From NCBI GenBank assembly GCA_963796455.1, contig CAWCLO010000007.1, positions 96,001-160,000 on the forward strand: a stretch of DNA of 64,000 nucleotides, read 5' to 3'. The stretch's first letter is position 1, and the number at the start of each line of letters is the position of its first letter. Below are positions 48,093 to 61,700 of the stretch, piece after piece. A program made the translations under genes and the position numbers. The DNA comes from Candidatus Sulfomarinibacteraceae bacterium (GTDB lineage: Bacteria > Acidobacteriota > Thermoanaerobaculia > Thermoanaerobaculales > Sulfomarinibacteraceae). The notes beneath the pieces are model-generated. The model ran no database searches. It was given only the letters and a program-made list of their open reading frames with translations, and was not told where the DNA came from.

Positions 48093-50957
48093 CTACGGTT
48101 TCAGTTCAACCTTCACCACGATCGGGTCGTGGTCGCTGGCACGATGGGCGGCGGGGAAGTCTGCGTTGACGTGGACCGCATCGATCTCGGCCTGGTCGGC
48201 GATTGAGGGGCTCACCAGGATGTGGTCGAGGACCTGGGAGTTCCCGAGATAGACGTAGCTGTATCGCTGCTCCCCGGCCAGACGCAGCACCAGATCCTCG
48301 AGCCCCGCAGTTTCCAGAACATACAGCGGCTTCGATTTTTCAAAGTCGTTGAGGTCGCCGAGAACCACCACAGCGGCCTTTTCGTCCGCACGCATGAGTT
48401 CATCTACAAATGAAGCGACCACAGTTGCTTGCGATGTCCGGCGTCTCTCCGTGCCGGTGATCCTCGGCTGACGACGCCCGAAGATCGGGTCGTCGCCGCC
48501 CTTTGAGGCCAGGTGGAGATTGACGACAAAGAGTCTCCGGTCGTTGAAGAAGAACTCACCAGCCAAAGGTTTGCGGCTGCCGCCTCCCCCAGATTTTGCA
48601 CCCGAAAACGCGTCATTGGACGGATCCAACAAACCAGGGCTGCAATTCAATCGAGGACCTTGCAGCACCTCAACAGAAGAGTCGATGCCACAGGCGCCTC
48701 GATCGACAAACTGAACTCTCTCGGGGTTGAAAAGGAAGGCGGTTCGGATATTGGCGCCGGGTTGCCCACCATCAGCCTTGTCGGTGGGATCCACCAGTCG
48801 CCACTCGTAGCGGACGCCGCCTGTCTTCGCGATCGTCTCAACCAGCCGTTGCAGTGTCTGCTCTGCTGTCACCACGCCGTTGTCTTCGGGCCCGGTATCA
48901 TCCTGGACCTCCTGAACGGCGAGAATATCGGGATTCAGAAGCTCTCCGGCGACAATCTGCGCCAGTGCTTCGAACTTCGTCGCATCAGAACCGGCCCACA
49001 GGTTCTCGAGATTCATGGTCGCGATGGTGAGGTGCGTTTCGTCTCCCTGCAACTGCGTGCGGTCGCCCTGATCTTCGCTCGTTTCCACTGCCTGCACCGG
49101 CACCGTATTGAGGAGTTTGTAGCTGCCAAACGTGTAGTGCAGCACCCCGGTGACCGCTTCGCTCAATCGAGCCCCCACCGCGAGATCGGGCGGATTTTTG
49201 ACCAAACGGTCATCGATCACCACACGCTGGGGGTGGACGTTGCAATGCGTTCTTCGAAGGCCCCCGCGAGCCGTCCACGGGGCGGAATCCCGACCGCCGT
49301 CAGGGACCACCACAATTTCGCCGTGCCTTGACGTGGGACCCACCACGACGGCGTCCTCGACCTGAACTCGCATGCCCTCGAGAGTTTCGAAGGCATCGGC
49401 CGCAAATCGTTCTGGGTTGAAGATTTCGAGCCGACGTGATGCGACCTCACCGCGGGGAATCGATCGTCCCCCTCGACCCAGAATCACCGGCTCAGGCAAC
49501 TGGAGACCCCGGCCGACAATCTCGATATTCGATGTGACCAACCGGGTCACCGGCAACTCAAAACCCCACGAACGCTCTTCGACCCGGCCGTCAAGGACTA
49601 CCAGATCGCCGACCTCCACCTCAGAAAGCTCGTCGAATGTCGTGACCAGAAGCCCATTGGATGTGGCCGGATCATCGTCAGCTTCGGGGTCCTGGACCCA
49701 GAAGGCCTGGCCGCCTCGTTGGCCGAGGATCGAAGTCACAACTCCTTCAACCCCGTAGACACAGCGGCCCACGAGCGGCGAAAAATGGCCGCCTCCCTGA
49801 ATCTGGTGGATTCGGGCTCGGGGCAGCGTGGTCATCGGTGTCTGCACCCCGGAAAGGGCGAAGACGAGGACCTGGTTGCTCTGAACACTCGGCTGAAAAT
49901 TATTGTCCGACACCATCACCAGTTGGCGGCGGCCATCGGGCAGCATCGGACCGAAGGCCATGCCCTCGAGATTGTCCGGGTCGATGCCAAGATCGTGCAT
50001 ATCCGCCAACAAGGTTTTCGTCACAGGCCGAGGCTTTGGCGCATAGGGATCGTCGAGGACGGGTATCTTGAGAATATTGTCTGCACCGTCGAGCTCAGCC
50101 AAAAAAAGCCGGACCCTATTTCCGACACCGGCCGAAAAGGAACGTTCGAGCACCAGCAAGCGGTGGTTGTCGATGACCAGTATTTCGGAGATTCCATTGG
50201 TCCGGAATGCATTCTGTGGGATCGGCGGATCCGGAACGGGCTCGATGACATAAAGAAATTCACCGACCGCTTCGCCGGTGCTGAGCTCAATCGCCAGAAT
50301 CCGAGCCGGGCTCCCGATATTCAGATCGGCCGGCGGGCCATCCTGTAGGAGAGCATTTTCGACGGCCGCAAAAAGCAGCGATTCATCCGGTGAGAGTGCG
50401 ATGCTTTCGAAGCCGTGGTTGTTACGCACCCCGCGGCTGCCGGTTCCGATCGCTCGATAGTGATCCGGGAGGTCGTAAGTACCAAGCAGCGATCCATCGA
50501 GCCGGAATCTCCCGATCATCGGCGGCACATTTTGATGGGGCACACCCTCCGTCGCCAGGAAGAGCCCACCTTCCGCCGAAAGCGCGATCGCCTCGGGATC
50601 AAAACCGCCGCCACGGCTGAATGGCGAACCATGTCCATCCCGGAGGATCGTTGCGCCGACCACATCCACCGAAACCTCGGCATCGTGCTCCATCACCCGG
50701 AGGGTGAAGAAACGAGGCACACCAAAATTTCCGCGGTCATCGGACAGAGCATAGTAGAGGCCGCATCCCGGATCGTATGCCAGGCCCGAGAGTCCTCCGA
50801 CGAGCGTCTTGTCGACCTTCAGATCACCGGGAATGGTGGTCTCGGCCAGGAACTCGACGTCGAGATCGGCCGCCGTCGAAATCGCCACCGCGGCGACGAC
50901 CGAGGCAAACCCGACCAGAGATTGTCGCAGACGACGGCGAATCAACCGAAGGTCCAC
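48093..50957 (-). CDS. Exported fusion: phytase-like esterase beta-propeller plus OB folds plus endonuclease/exonuclease/phosphatase domain
   Basis: VGGLSGLAYD, ALSDDRG, DNLEG, VSDNNF; IHQIQG, QEVQD, GDLND, LDHIL, SDHDP. Confidence 0.85.
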   Translation of the reverse strand: MDLRLIRRRLRQSLVGFASVVAAVAISTAADLDVEFLAETTIPGDLKVDKTLVGGLSGLAYDPGCGLYYALSDDRGNFGVPRFFTLRVMEHDAEVSVDVVGATILRDGHGSPFSRGGGFDPEAIALSAEGGLFLATEGVPHQNVPPMIGRFRLDGSLLGTYDLPDHYRAIGTGSRGVRNNHGFESIALSPDESLLFAAVENALLQDGPPADLNIGSPARILAIELSTGEAVGEFLYVIEPVPDPPIPQNAFRTNGISEILVIDNHRLLVLERSFSAGVGNRVRLFLAELDGADNILKIPVLDDPYAPKPRPVTKTLLADMHDLGIDPDNLEGMAFGPMLPDGRRQLVMVSDNNFQPSVQSNQVLVFALSGVQTPMTTLPRARIHQIQGGGHFSPLVGRCVYGVEGVVTSILGQRGGQAFWVQDPEADDDPATSNGLLVTTFDELSEVEVGDLVVLDGRVEERSWGFELPVTRLVTSNIEIVGRGLQLPEPVILGRGGRSIPRGEVASRRLEIFNPERFAADAFETLEGMRVQVEDAVVVGPTSRHGEIVVVPDGGRDSAPWTARGGLRRTHCNVHPQRVVIDDRLVKNPPDLAVGARLSEAVTGVLHYTFGSYKLLNTVPVQAVETSEDQGDRTQLQGDETHLTIATMNLENLWAGSDATKFEALAQIVAGELLNPDILAVQEVQDDTGPEDNGVVTAEQTLQRLVETIAKTGGVRYEWRLVDPTDKADGGQPGANIRTAFLFNPERVQFVDRGACGIDSSVEVLQGPRLNCSPGLLDPSNDAFSGAKSGGGGSRKPLAGEFFFNDRRLFVVNLHLASKGGDDPIFGRRQPRITGTERRRTSQATVVASFVDELMRADEKAAVVVLGDLNDFEKSKPLYVLETAGLEDLVLRLAGEQRYSYVYLGNSQVLDHILVSPSIADQAEIDAVHVNADFPAAHRASDHDPIVVKVELKP

Positions 50958-51517
50958 TCCAGCTCGTCGAGCATCTTCTTTTCGGCAGCCGAAATCGAGG
51001 CGACCCCGAGAAACCCTCCGGCCGCTTCGGCGATCGCCCTGGCGCGGCCCATGGCTGATTTCTTCATGTGATCGCGGGTGCGATCGCCGAGCGTTGCGTT
51101 GAGTTCTTCGATATAGCTCTTCCACGTTTCGAGGAGCTTTGGATCCGGTTTGGTTTGCAGCCAGTTTCTGAGGAGGTGGCCCGTCGGACTGTCTTCCGTG
51201 ACTCCTCGTTCGACCGCAGCCTTGATGATGGCATCGCGTTCCTTGGATTGGATCTCGCCATCAGCCCACGCCACCTCGACCAGAGGCACCAGGGTAAAGG
51301 CAACCAGCGTTTCCGGCTCGACGGCCAGCTCGATCAACGCATCGAGGACCTCTTCGTTTTCGATGTTGAGATACTCCGCAAACTCCTTCTTCTTTTCCCG
51401 CCGCGCGGAGGCCGCACGGAGATCCCGGAGAATTTTTTCATTCTCTTTGGCAAAGAAGCTGTCCTCGAGCGCCTTGGCCTTGGCCTTGAGTCCCGGTACC
51501 TTGTCGGTGTATTTCAT
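50942..51517 (-). CDS. TerB-like hypothetical protein
   Basis: LVPLVEVAWADGEI..KERDAI; AIAEAAGGFLG. Confidence 0.7.
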   Translation of the reverse strand: MKYTDKVPGLKAKAKALEDSFFAKENEKILRDLRAASARREKKKEFAEYLNIENEEVLDALIELAVEPETLVAFTLVPLVEVAWADGEIQSKERDAIIKAAVERGVTEDSPTGHLLRNWLQTKPDPKLLETWKSYIEELNATLGDRTRDHMKKSAMGRARAIAEAAGGFLGVASISAAEKKMLDELEWTFG

Positions 51518-51608
51518 GCGCGAAGTCTCCCCTTGAGGTCGGTGTCGGGGCGGCTCGTCTCGCCGCCGCAGCGATTATGCCACGGATGGCGCTGGAGCCG
51601 CAGTGAGT

Positions 51609-51805
51609 GAGGCTATGAGGCTATGAGGCTATGAGCTATGAGGCTATGGGCTATGGGCTATGGGCTATGGGCTATGGGCCGTAGGCTATTGGGCGAAAGC
51701 TTGGAGACCAGGAGCGATGGAGACCTGAGGCTCGGGCTTCAAGGACTCGACGAAGTACCTGAGCAATTCAAGCCTCAGGCCTCGGGCCACAAGCCCAAAC
51801 CACGA
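51609..51805. repeat. (GAGGCTAT)n/(GGGCTAT)n tandem repeats with degenerate inverted arm
   Basis: About 10 units at 51609-51678; AAGCCTC/AAGCCC arm at ~51770-51800. Confidence 0.85.
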
Positions 51806-51904
51806 GCTGTTTCATCGCGCTCGGCGCCGTCCCACTGGTATCGCCTGGTCAACCTGCGTAGAATACGCCGGGTCCACGTTGAAGATAGGCGTCGAGAGGA
51901 GATC

Positions 51905-54452
<2,548 letters not shown>

Positions 54453-54514
54453 AATGGCGGCTTCAGAATTCAGGGTCTGGCGAAGAGGCAATGACCGGTC
54501 GCTTCGCTCCCTGG

Positions 54515-54610
54515 CAATGAGGCTATGAGTGTCAACTGCCTTTCGACAATTTTGTCCGGGTCCATTGCCCCATAGCCCCATAGCCCCATAGCCCCATAGC
54601 TTAATAGCCT
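54515..54610. repeat. Mini inverted-repeat element GAGGCTATGAG ... (GCCCCATA)x4
   Basis: Reverse-complement relative of the 51609 array; between convergent genes. Confidence 0.75.
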
Positions 54611-54686
54611 CGAAACCTCCGCGATCGTTGTCAGATGGAAACCCGTTCCCGGTGTCCACCAGCGTGATCCGCGGTTTATCCGGCCT

Positions 54687-56057
54687 TCAGGTCGGAATCG
54701 TCGGGAGTTCGATGAGGACGTCGAGACCGCCATCGGGACGATTCTGGGCGACGATCGAGCCTTCGTGGATCTCCACCGCGCGGCGGGCGATGGCGAGACC
54801 GAGACCCGCACCACCGGAGGACCGATCTCGTGCCTCGGCAACCCGGGTGAAGGGCTCGAATAACGATCCGAGATATTCCTCCGGAACTCCATCGCCGTGG
54901 TCGCTCACCGAAGCCGAGATCACGCCGGTATCACGATTCAATCTCACCTCGACCCTGGTCCCTTCGGGTGTGTGGCGGATGGCGTTGCGAATCACATTAT
55001 CGAAGGCGCTTCGCACCACATTCGGGTGGCCGCGCATCGGACACGACGCCGGTGCTTCGATACCGACCTGACGTCCAGCCGGTGCCGCCTCGAAAGATGC
55101 ATCGTCCACCACCTCACGGACCAGCACCGCAAGATCGAAGTCGACCGGATCCAGATCCGGTTCTCCCGCTTCCAGACGTTCCAGGAGCAGAAGCTGTCCG
55201 ATGAGCTCGTCAAGTCGGGTAGCCTCGCGTTCGATTCGATCGAGGGGTTTCTCTGCGTCCCCGCTGCAACGCGCCCGCGCCAACTCGAGCGCCACCCGTA
55301 GACGGGCCAGAGGCGACCGGAGCTCGTGGGAGACATCCCGCAGGAGCCTTCGCTGAGATTCGATCAGCGTCTCCACGTGCTCGGCCATGGCATCAAAATC
55401 ACGCCCCAGGGCGCCAATCTCGTCGTGTCGCCGCGCCACCTTCGGCCCCACTCGAGCGCCAAAATCCCCGACACCGAGACGATGGGTCGTTTCGCGCAAC
55501 GCCGCAACGGGTTGCGCCAGATAACGCGCCAAACCAAAGCTCACCAAGCCGACGATCAATGCCAGCCCGGCCAGCCGCGGCCACAACGCAGCCGGTTCGA
55601 GAAGATCGGTGAGCCCCGGCGGCCGGTGAATTGTGGATACGACCACGAGCTGCCGGCCCTCCGGATCGGTCACCATCCGGGCGACGAGATGGACTCCGCC
55701 CCGGCGTTCCGTCTGCTCGGACCCGGCGGCAGCCGTCCGCAGCGCGAGGTTGCGCGCCGCCCTCGAGGGTTCCTGGTGGCGGAGATCTTCTCCGTCTTTG
55801 GAGAACACATAGATGTTGGACCCGCCACCACCGCGGCCCCGCCGCGACCGGGCATCGATCGCGTTCACACCACCTTCGGAAATGATCGCGACCACACCAT
55901 TGAGCCGCCGTTCGGCCCACTCCGCCCCGTCCCGTTGCCAGCGCTCGATCCGGGGTCGCGAGCGGGTGAAAAAGGGCGAAGTCACCACCAACATGACGGC
56001 CACGACCACCATGGCGACCCAGAACCAGAGGAAGATGCGGAGGAAGAGGCTTCTCAT
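54687..56057 (-). CDS. CpxA-like HAMP sensor histidine kinase
   Basis: 2 TM segments, HAMP, DVSHELRSPLARL, NVIRNAIRH, GGAGLGL. Confidence 0.92.
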   Translation of the reverse strand: MRSLFLRIFLWFWVAMVVVAVMLVVTSPFFTRSRPRIERWQRDGAEWAERRLNGVVAIISEGGVNAIDARSRRGRGGGGSNIYVFSKDGEDLRHQEPSRAARNLALRTAAAGSEQTERRGGVHLVARMVTDPEGRQLVVVSTIHRPPGLTDLLEPAALWPRLAGLALIVGLVSFGLARYLAQPVAALRETTHRLGVGDFGARVGPKVARRHDEIGALGRDFDAMAEHVETLIESQRRLLRDVSHELRSPLARLRVALELARARCSGDAEKPLDRIEREATRLDELIGQLLLLERLEAGEPDLDPVDFDLAVLVREVVDDASFEAAPAGRQVGIEAPASCPMRGHPNVVRSAFDNVIRNAIRHTPEGTRVEVRLNRDTGVISASVSDHGDGVPEEYLGSLFEPFTRVAEARDRSSGGAGLGLAIARRAVEIHEGSIVAQNRPDGGLDVLIELPTIPT

Positions 56058-56073
56058 GCAAGCGTCCAGGTCG

Positions 56074-56193
56074 GGAATTCGGAGTTCGGAGTTCGGAGTT
56101 CGGAGTTCCACACGGTCACCCGTGGCGCAGCGGCATGCATGAAGCACTGGAATGAAAACAACTCAAAACTCATAACTTACAACTCAAAACTCC
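56074..56193. repeat. Inverted heptamer mini-element (GGAGTTC)n ... (AACTCAA)n
   Basis: 5 units on each side, lying between the regulator and kinase genes. Confidence 0.8.
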
Positions 56194-56197
56194 GCCG

Positions 56198-56899
56198 TCA
56201 TGACGTGCCACCGCTCGGTTTGACGTAGAGGTAGCCGATGCCCCGCAGGGTCTTGATGCGGTCGCCGCCTTCCGGCATGGGCCCGAGCTTGCGCCGCACA
56301 TTGGAAAGGTGGACATCGAGGCTTCGGTCAAAGGCACTGGCTCTGCGACCGAGCGCCTCCCGGGAAAGTTGGTCGCGGCTGACAACCGATCCGGCCGAAC
56401 GGATCAGGGTCTCGAGGATCGAAAATTCGGCACCGGTGAGTTCCACATCTTCACCATTGCTCCGAACCCGTCTTGCACCGAGATCCATCTCCAGATCACC
56501 CACTCCAAGGAGGGTCGGTTCATCCGCAGCCCGGTCCGAGTCCGAGGCCCGGCGCAGGATTGCCCGAATTCGCGCTACCAGCTCGCGAGGATTGAAGGGC
56601 TTCGGGAGGTAGTCGTCGGCACCCATTTCGAGACCGACGATCCGGTCCACATCCTCACCCCGGGCGGTGAGCATGATCACCGGAACCCGCGAGGTCTCCC
56701 GGATGCGGGAGAGCACCGCAAAACCACCGAGGCCCGGCAACATGACATCGAGAATGACGAGCTCGGGCTCGCTCTCGAGGCACCGTTCAACCCCGCGAAC
56801 ACCGTCATAGACGGCATCCACTTCGAAGCCTTCTCCTTCGAGGTACTCGGTCACCAACTCACAGAGCTCGGCGTCGTCGTCAACAATCAATACAGCCAT
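56198..56899 (-). CDS. OmpR/CpxR-like response regulator
   Basis: VLIVDDDAEL, LDVMLPG, GADDYLPKPFNPREL, FDRSLDVHLSNVRRKL. Confidence 0.95.
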   Translation of the reverse strand: MAVLIVDDDAELCELVTEYLEGEGFEVDAVYDGVRGVERCLESEPELVILDVMLPGLGGFAVLSRIRETSRVPVIMLTARGEDVDRIVGLEMGADDYLPKPFNPRELVARIRAILRRASDSDRAADEPTLLGVGDLEMDLGARRVRSNGEDVELTGAEFSILETLIRSAGSVVSRDQLSREALGRRASAFDRSLDVHLSNVRRKLGPMPEGGDRIKTLRGIGYLYVKPSGGTS

Positions 56900-57039
56900 G
56901 ACACCCCGATCCTACCAGTCTGAAGAGGCGATTGAGACTTCTTTAGAGTGTCCGTGGGTTTCCTTGCTCAAAAGGGTCAACAATAAAGACACCCTGTTCG
57001 TTTCATGCAAGACCGAACGAAATTGCCAGGGAGGCAAAA

Positions 57040-57573
57040 ATGAAAGCACGAAACATCGTTCTCACAATCACGTTGGCGGTCCTTGTTGCGGCCCCGCTCG
57101 TCATCGTGGCACAGACCCCGCAGGGCAACGGTCCCGGCAGTGGTCAGGGTGGTCCACATCGGGGCGGCGGTCACTCTGGATCTTTCGGCGGCGGCCAGGG
57201 CCTCGGGTTCTTCGACCGCATGCTCCCCCGTGTGGCCGAACAAATCGGGCTGAGCGAAGAACAGGTCGAACAGATCCAGGGCGTCGTCGACGAGATCCGG
57301 CCGACCATGGAATCCTACCTCGAAGAGCTCCGGGCCGGACGCGAAGAATATCGCGCGCTGAACAACGACCCCACCGTTTTTGACGAAGGAGCATTTCGGG
57401 CACACGCCGACACGCAACACGAAATCCAGACGAATCTCAGGGTGGTTGTCGAAAAGACGAAGGCCGAGGTCTTCGGAATCCTGACCCCCGAGCAGCGCGA
57501 AGAGCTCGAAGAGATGCGCGCCGACATGGGCCAGCGCTTCAAACGGCGTTCCAGTGGCCGACGGGCCCAGTAG
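57040..57573 (+). CDS. Spy/CpxP family periplasmic chaperone
   Basis: Signal peptide, LSEEQ and ILTPEQ motifs; divergent from the CpxRA-like pair. Confidence 0.88.
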   Translation: MKARNIVLTITLAVLVAAPLVIVAQTPQGNGPGSGQGGPHRGGGHSGSFGGGQGLGFFDRMLPRVAEQIGLSEEQVEQIQGVVDEIRPTMESYLEELRAGREEYRALNNDPTVFDEGAFRAHADTQHEIQTNLRVVVEKTKAEVFGILTPEQREELEEMRADMGQRFKRRSSGRRAQ

Positions 57574-57592
57574 CCCCTTCTCTCCCCTCCTC

Positions 57593-57630
57593 CGCGGCGC
57601 CCGGATTAAATTCCGGCGCCGCGCCTTTTT
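57593..57630 (+). terminator. Rho-independent terminator
   Basis: CGCGGCGCC(C)GGA-loop-TCCGGCGCCGCG followed by a T run. Confidence 0.7.
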
Positions 57631-57648
57631 ACTTTACAGGAGGTCGTT

Positions 57649-58587
57649 GTGAGATACAGCGCACGGACAGCCCTCGTGATCCTGGTGGCGATCCTCGTGA
57701 GCGCCTTTCCAGCCTACGGAGCCAAACCGATCGAAAGCACCGCGATCGACTACGAGATCGACATCGATGGATCGTTTTCGGAGTGGGATGGTATGCCCGT
57801 GGTGTATCTCGATGAGTCGATCCGCCTTTTTGCAGTCGCCCACGACGACCAGGACATCTACCTGATGTTCCGCTTTTCCGATCGTCAACTGGCCCGGCAG
57901 ATCATGCACCGGGGGGTGATGATCTGGTTCAACGGCGACGGCAAAACCAAGAACAAAAAGGAAGAATTCGCGGTGCGCTATCCGGGCTCTCCGGACATTG
58001 CCACCGAGCTCGCCTCCGAAGGCCAATCCGAAGGAGCCGAATCGGGCGGACAGGGCTCGGGACGGCCGGCAGGCGGCCCACCACCGGGTCAGGCCTTAAT
58101 GCGACCGAACCCGGGAGAGCTGACCGTCGTTCGGAACGGCATCAAGGAAGAAGTCCTGGCGGACGCCGACTCTGGGATCGGGGCGGGGTCGGCCATCTTC
58201 GAGGAGGTCTTCACCTACGAACTCCGCATCCCCTTTTCCGAGATCGGCGGCAAGGTCGGCTCCTCCGATCCCTCTCAGAAGCGCAAGCTTGCCATCGGGA
58301 TCCAGATCGGTGGGCTGACCAGGGCCGAGATGGAGATGCTGCAATCCGAGATGAAACAGAGAATGGGAGACATGGCCGGAATGGGCAGCATGGGTGGCAG
58401 CAGAGCAGGCGGCGGCATGGGCGGCATGGGCGGCGCAGGTGGAATGGGCGGCATGGGATCTCCCGGCAGCATGGGGGGAGCTGGGGGCGGCGGCATGGGC
58501 AATCCCGATGGCGGGGGTGGCCGTACGCCGCCCGACATGGACCCCGAGATCGACTGGCTGACGGTCACCCTCCCGGCATCGAAATAG
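57649..58587 (+). CDS. Exported hypothetical protein with Gly/Met-rich segment
   Basis: Signal peptide, IDGSFSEW, YELRIPF, long GMGG repeats. Confidence 0.8.
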   Translation: MRYSARTALVILVAILVSAFPAYGAKPIESTAIDYEIDIDGSFSEWDGMPVVYLDESIRLFAVAHDDQDIYLMFRFSDRQLARQIMHRGVMIWFNGDGKTKNKKEEFAVRYPGSPDIATELASEGQSEGAESGGQGSGRPAGGPPPGQALMRPNPGELTVVRNGIKEEVLADADSGIGAGSAIFEEVFTYELRIPFSEIGGKVGSSDPSQKRKLAIGIQIGGLTRAEMEMLQSEMKQRMGDMAGMGSMGGSRAGGGMGGMGGAGGMGGMGSPGSMGGAGGGGMGNPDGGGGRTPPDMDPEIDWLTVTLPASK

Positions 58588-58782
58588 GAACAAGCAACAA
58601 TGAAATCCGATCATCTCGTGCAGAGCGGTCTTGAATTCCGGGCCCGCCTCCTGACGACGGCGACCGCAAACCGCGATTCCAAATATGATCTCTCACCAAG
58701 AATTCCGCCGATGATGAAATTTCTCGAGCCCACCGAAGGCTTCTCTTGGGGTGTGGCTAAATCGCCAAAGGGGCGTTGAGCC

Positions 58783-61700
58783 GTGAAGGTCAATCCAATC
58801 ATCCGATTCGCGGTCGAGCGAAGAGTCACCATGGCCATGGCGGTCCTTGGCGTGATGGTGCTCGGTTGGCTGTCGCTCGATCGCCTCCCCCTCGAGTTCT
58901 TCCCGAGCTTTTCCTCGTCTCACATCTCGGTAGACGCGCCCTACCCTTCTTCGTCTCCGGCCGAAACCGAGCGCCTCATCGTTCGACCCCTCGAAGATTC
59001 CCTGAGTACCATCAACGGCGTCGAACAACTGACCGCCCGATCAACCTCGTCTTCCGGCAATGTCAGTCTTCGATTTGTCGACGGAACCGACATGGATCTC
59101 GCCGCGGTCGATGTCCGAGATCGGGTGGATCGGGTGCGCTACCGGCTGCCGGCCGATCTCGAGAGGGTCAGCATCCGGCGTTTCCAGAGCTCGAACCGTC
59201 CTGTCATGCGCTTCCATCTGAGCGCCGACTGGCCACGTGAGGAGCTCTATCGATTCACTGACGACGTGGTGGTCCGGCGCCTCCAGCGTCTCGACGGGGT
59301 GGCCGATGTTCAGGTGCGCGGCACCGAAACCCGCGAGGTCCAGATCAATCTGATTCCGGACCGTATGGCCGCCCTCGGCGTCAACGTCAGGGACGTATCT
59401 TCGGTGATCCGCGAAAACCACCAGGCGACGTCCGCCGGCACCGTCCGCGAACGATCAAAAAGCTTTCTCGTTCGCGTCGAAGGAAAACTCACCGATCTCG
59501 AGGAGATTCGTGCCCTGCCGCTTGGACGGGGGCTGAGGCTCAGTGATGTGGCGACGATCGAGATGGCCTATCCGGAACAGGATGAGTGGGATTTCCTCAA
59601 CGGAGAGGAGGCGCTCAGCGTCCAACTCTACAAGGCCTCGACGGCCAATCTGTTGTCGATGATCGACGCGGCCAAGGCCGAAATCGCCGCCATCCGGGAG
59701 CTGCCCGAAACCGATGGTCTGCAGATCAACATCTACCGTGACGACTCGGAGGATGTACGCAACGGTCTTTCGGAGCTCCGCAATACCGGGTTACTCGGCG
59801 GTGCCCTTGCCGTGATCTTCATGTACATGTTTCTGCGGCGCTTCCGCAGTACCCTGCTGATCGCTATCGCGATCCCGGTCTCGGTGGTCGTGACCTTTGT
59901 CTTCATGTATCTTTCCCGCCAGGCGGGGTGGACCAACCTCACGCTCAACATCATGTCGCTGATGGGTCTGATGCTGTCCATCGGCATGTTGGTCGACAAC
60001 TCCATCGTCGTCATCGAGTCGATCTTCCGCCACCACGAGGACCTCGGTGAAGATGCGTGGACGGCCACCCTCCACGGCGCTTCAGAGGTCGCACTGCCCA
60101 TCGCCGCTTCCACCCTGACCACGGTCTGTGTTTTTCTCCCCATGGTCTTTCTCTCCTCGGGCGGACGCTTTGCCATCTTCATGACAAACATCGGGCTCAC
60201 GGTGGTGGTCGTCATGGCAGCCTCGCTGGTGGTCTCGTTGACCGTCGTGCCGATGGTTGCCGCACGGCTGCTCTCGGGTGAGAGCGCCAAGGCGGGCAGG
60301 CTGTGGGACAGGATCTCGGGCCAGTACGCAAAGTCTCTCGCATTCATGCTCCGCCACCGACTGGCATTTGCGACCGCAGTGATCTTAGCCTTGGTCGGCT
60401 CGTGGTATCTCTACCAGAACATCGAGCGCTCGTTCTCCACCTCGTCGTTCGAGCGCAATCTGACCATCATGGTGGACGCTCCGAAAAGCTACTCGGTCGA
60501 GCAGAAACGGGCCCTTTACGACGAATTCTACGCCGTTCTCGATGCCAGACGGGACGAACTCGAGATCGCCAACATCACCCACACCTTTCGCCGCGGCAGC
60601 GGCCGGTCACGCCACTGGTCAAGCGACAACCGCTTCAACATCTATCTCGTCGATGAGGAGCAGAGCAAGATCGACACCGGCGAGATCCGCGATCGGATCG
60701 AGGCGCTGTTGCCCACCCATGCGGGGGTCAATTTCACCCTGACGCGTTCGATGCGCGGTCGCTCCGGGTCGGGTTCGAGCGTGGAGGTCCAGATCCGTGG
60801 AGACCGGCTCGAGATCCTCGAGATCTTCGCCAAGCGTGCGGTGGCCGGACTGCGGACGATGGCTGCCATCCGGGACGCAGACTCGTCGATGGAAAGCGGT
60901 GACGAAGAGGTCGTGGTTCGGCCCGATCGAGAAAGGGTGCTCGCATCGGGTCTCTCGTCGCAGGCCGTCGGGCAGAGCGTCTCATCGGCGCTCTCTTCAA
61001 GAGCGGTCACCTATTTCGAAGTCGGAGACCGGGAGATCGACGTCGTCGTACAACACCGTGAAGAGGACCGCCGGACCCTTGATCAGCTCAAGAAACTCCC
61101 GCTGGCCTTTGGTGATTCGAAGCTCACTATCGGCGCCGTCGCCGATTTCGAGACCAGCCCCGGGGCCCGTTCCATCGAGCGGATCGATCGCCAATCCACC
61201 CTGACGGTGACCGCCGATGTCGCCAGCGGAACCCCTTCCTTCGTGGCCCAGAAGATGGCGCAGCAGGCGGTAGAGTCTCTCGGGCTGCCGGCCGGTTATG
61301 AAGTGGTCGAGGGTGAGGACTGGATGCGCGGCGAGCAGGACGCCGGCGAGGCCCTCTTTCTTCTCGCGTTCGCACTGGTCCTGATCTACATGGTCATGGC
61401 CTCGCTTTTCGAGAGCTTCGCGCAACCGTTCACCATCATGTTCTCGGTTCCCTTTGCATTCATCGGTGTCGGGCTGATCATGACCTTCGCAGGACAGGCT
61501 CGGTCGTCGAGCTCGGACATGGGGCTCATCATTCTGGCCGGCATCGTGGTCAACAACGCCATCGTTCTGGTCGACCACATCAACCGCCTGCGCAAGCAGG
61601 GATTGCCGCGTGACGAGGCGATCGTCCTCGGCGGCCGCCATCGTCTGCGACCGATTCTGATGACCGCCATGACAACCGTTCTCGGGCTCTCTCCGATGGT

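Noticed and set aside
51638..51904. N-terminal extensions of leuS, the Ser/Thr kinase (29599) and the sensor kinase (56147)
   Set aside because: Extensions run through repeat DNA; starts matching the family N-termini lie downstream
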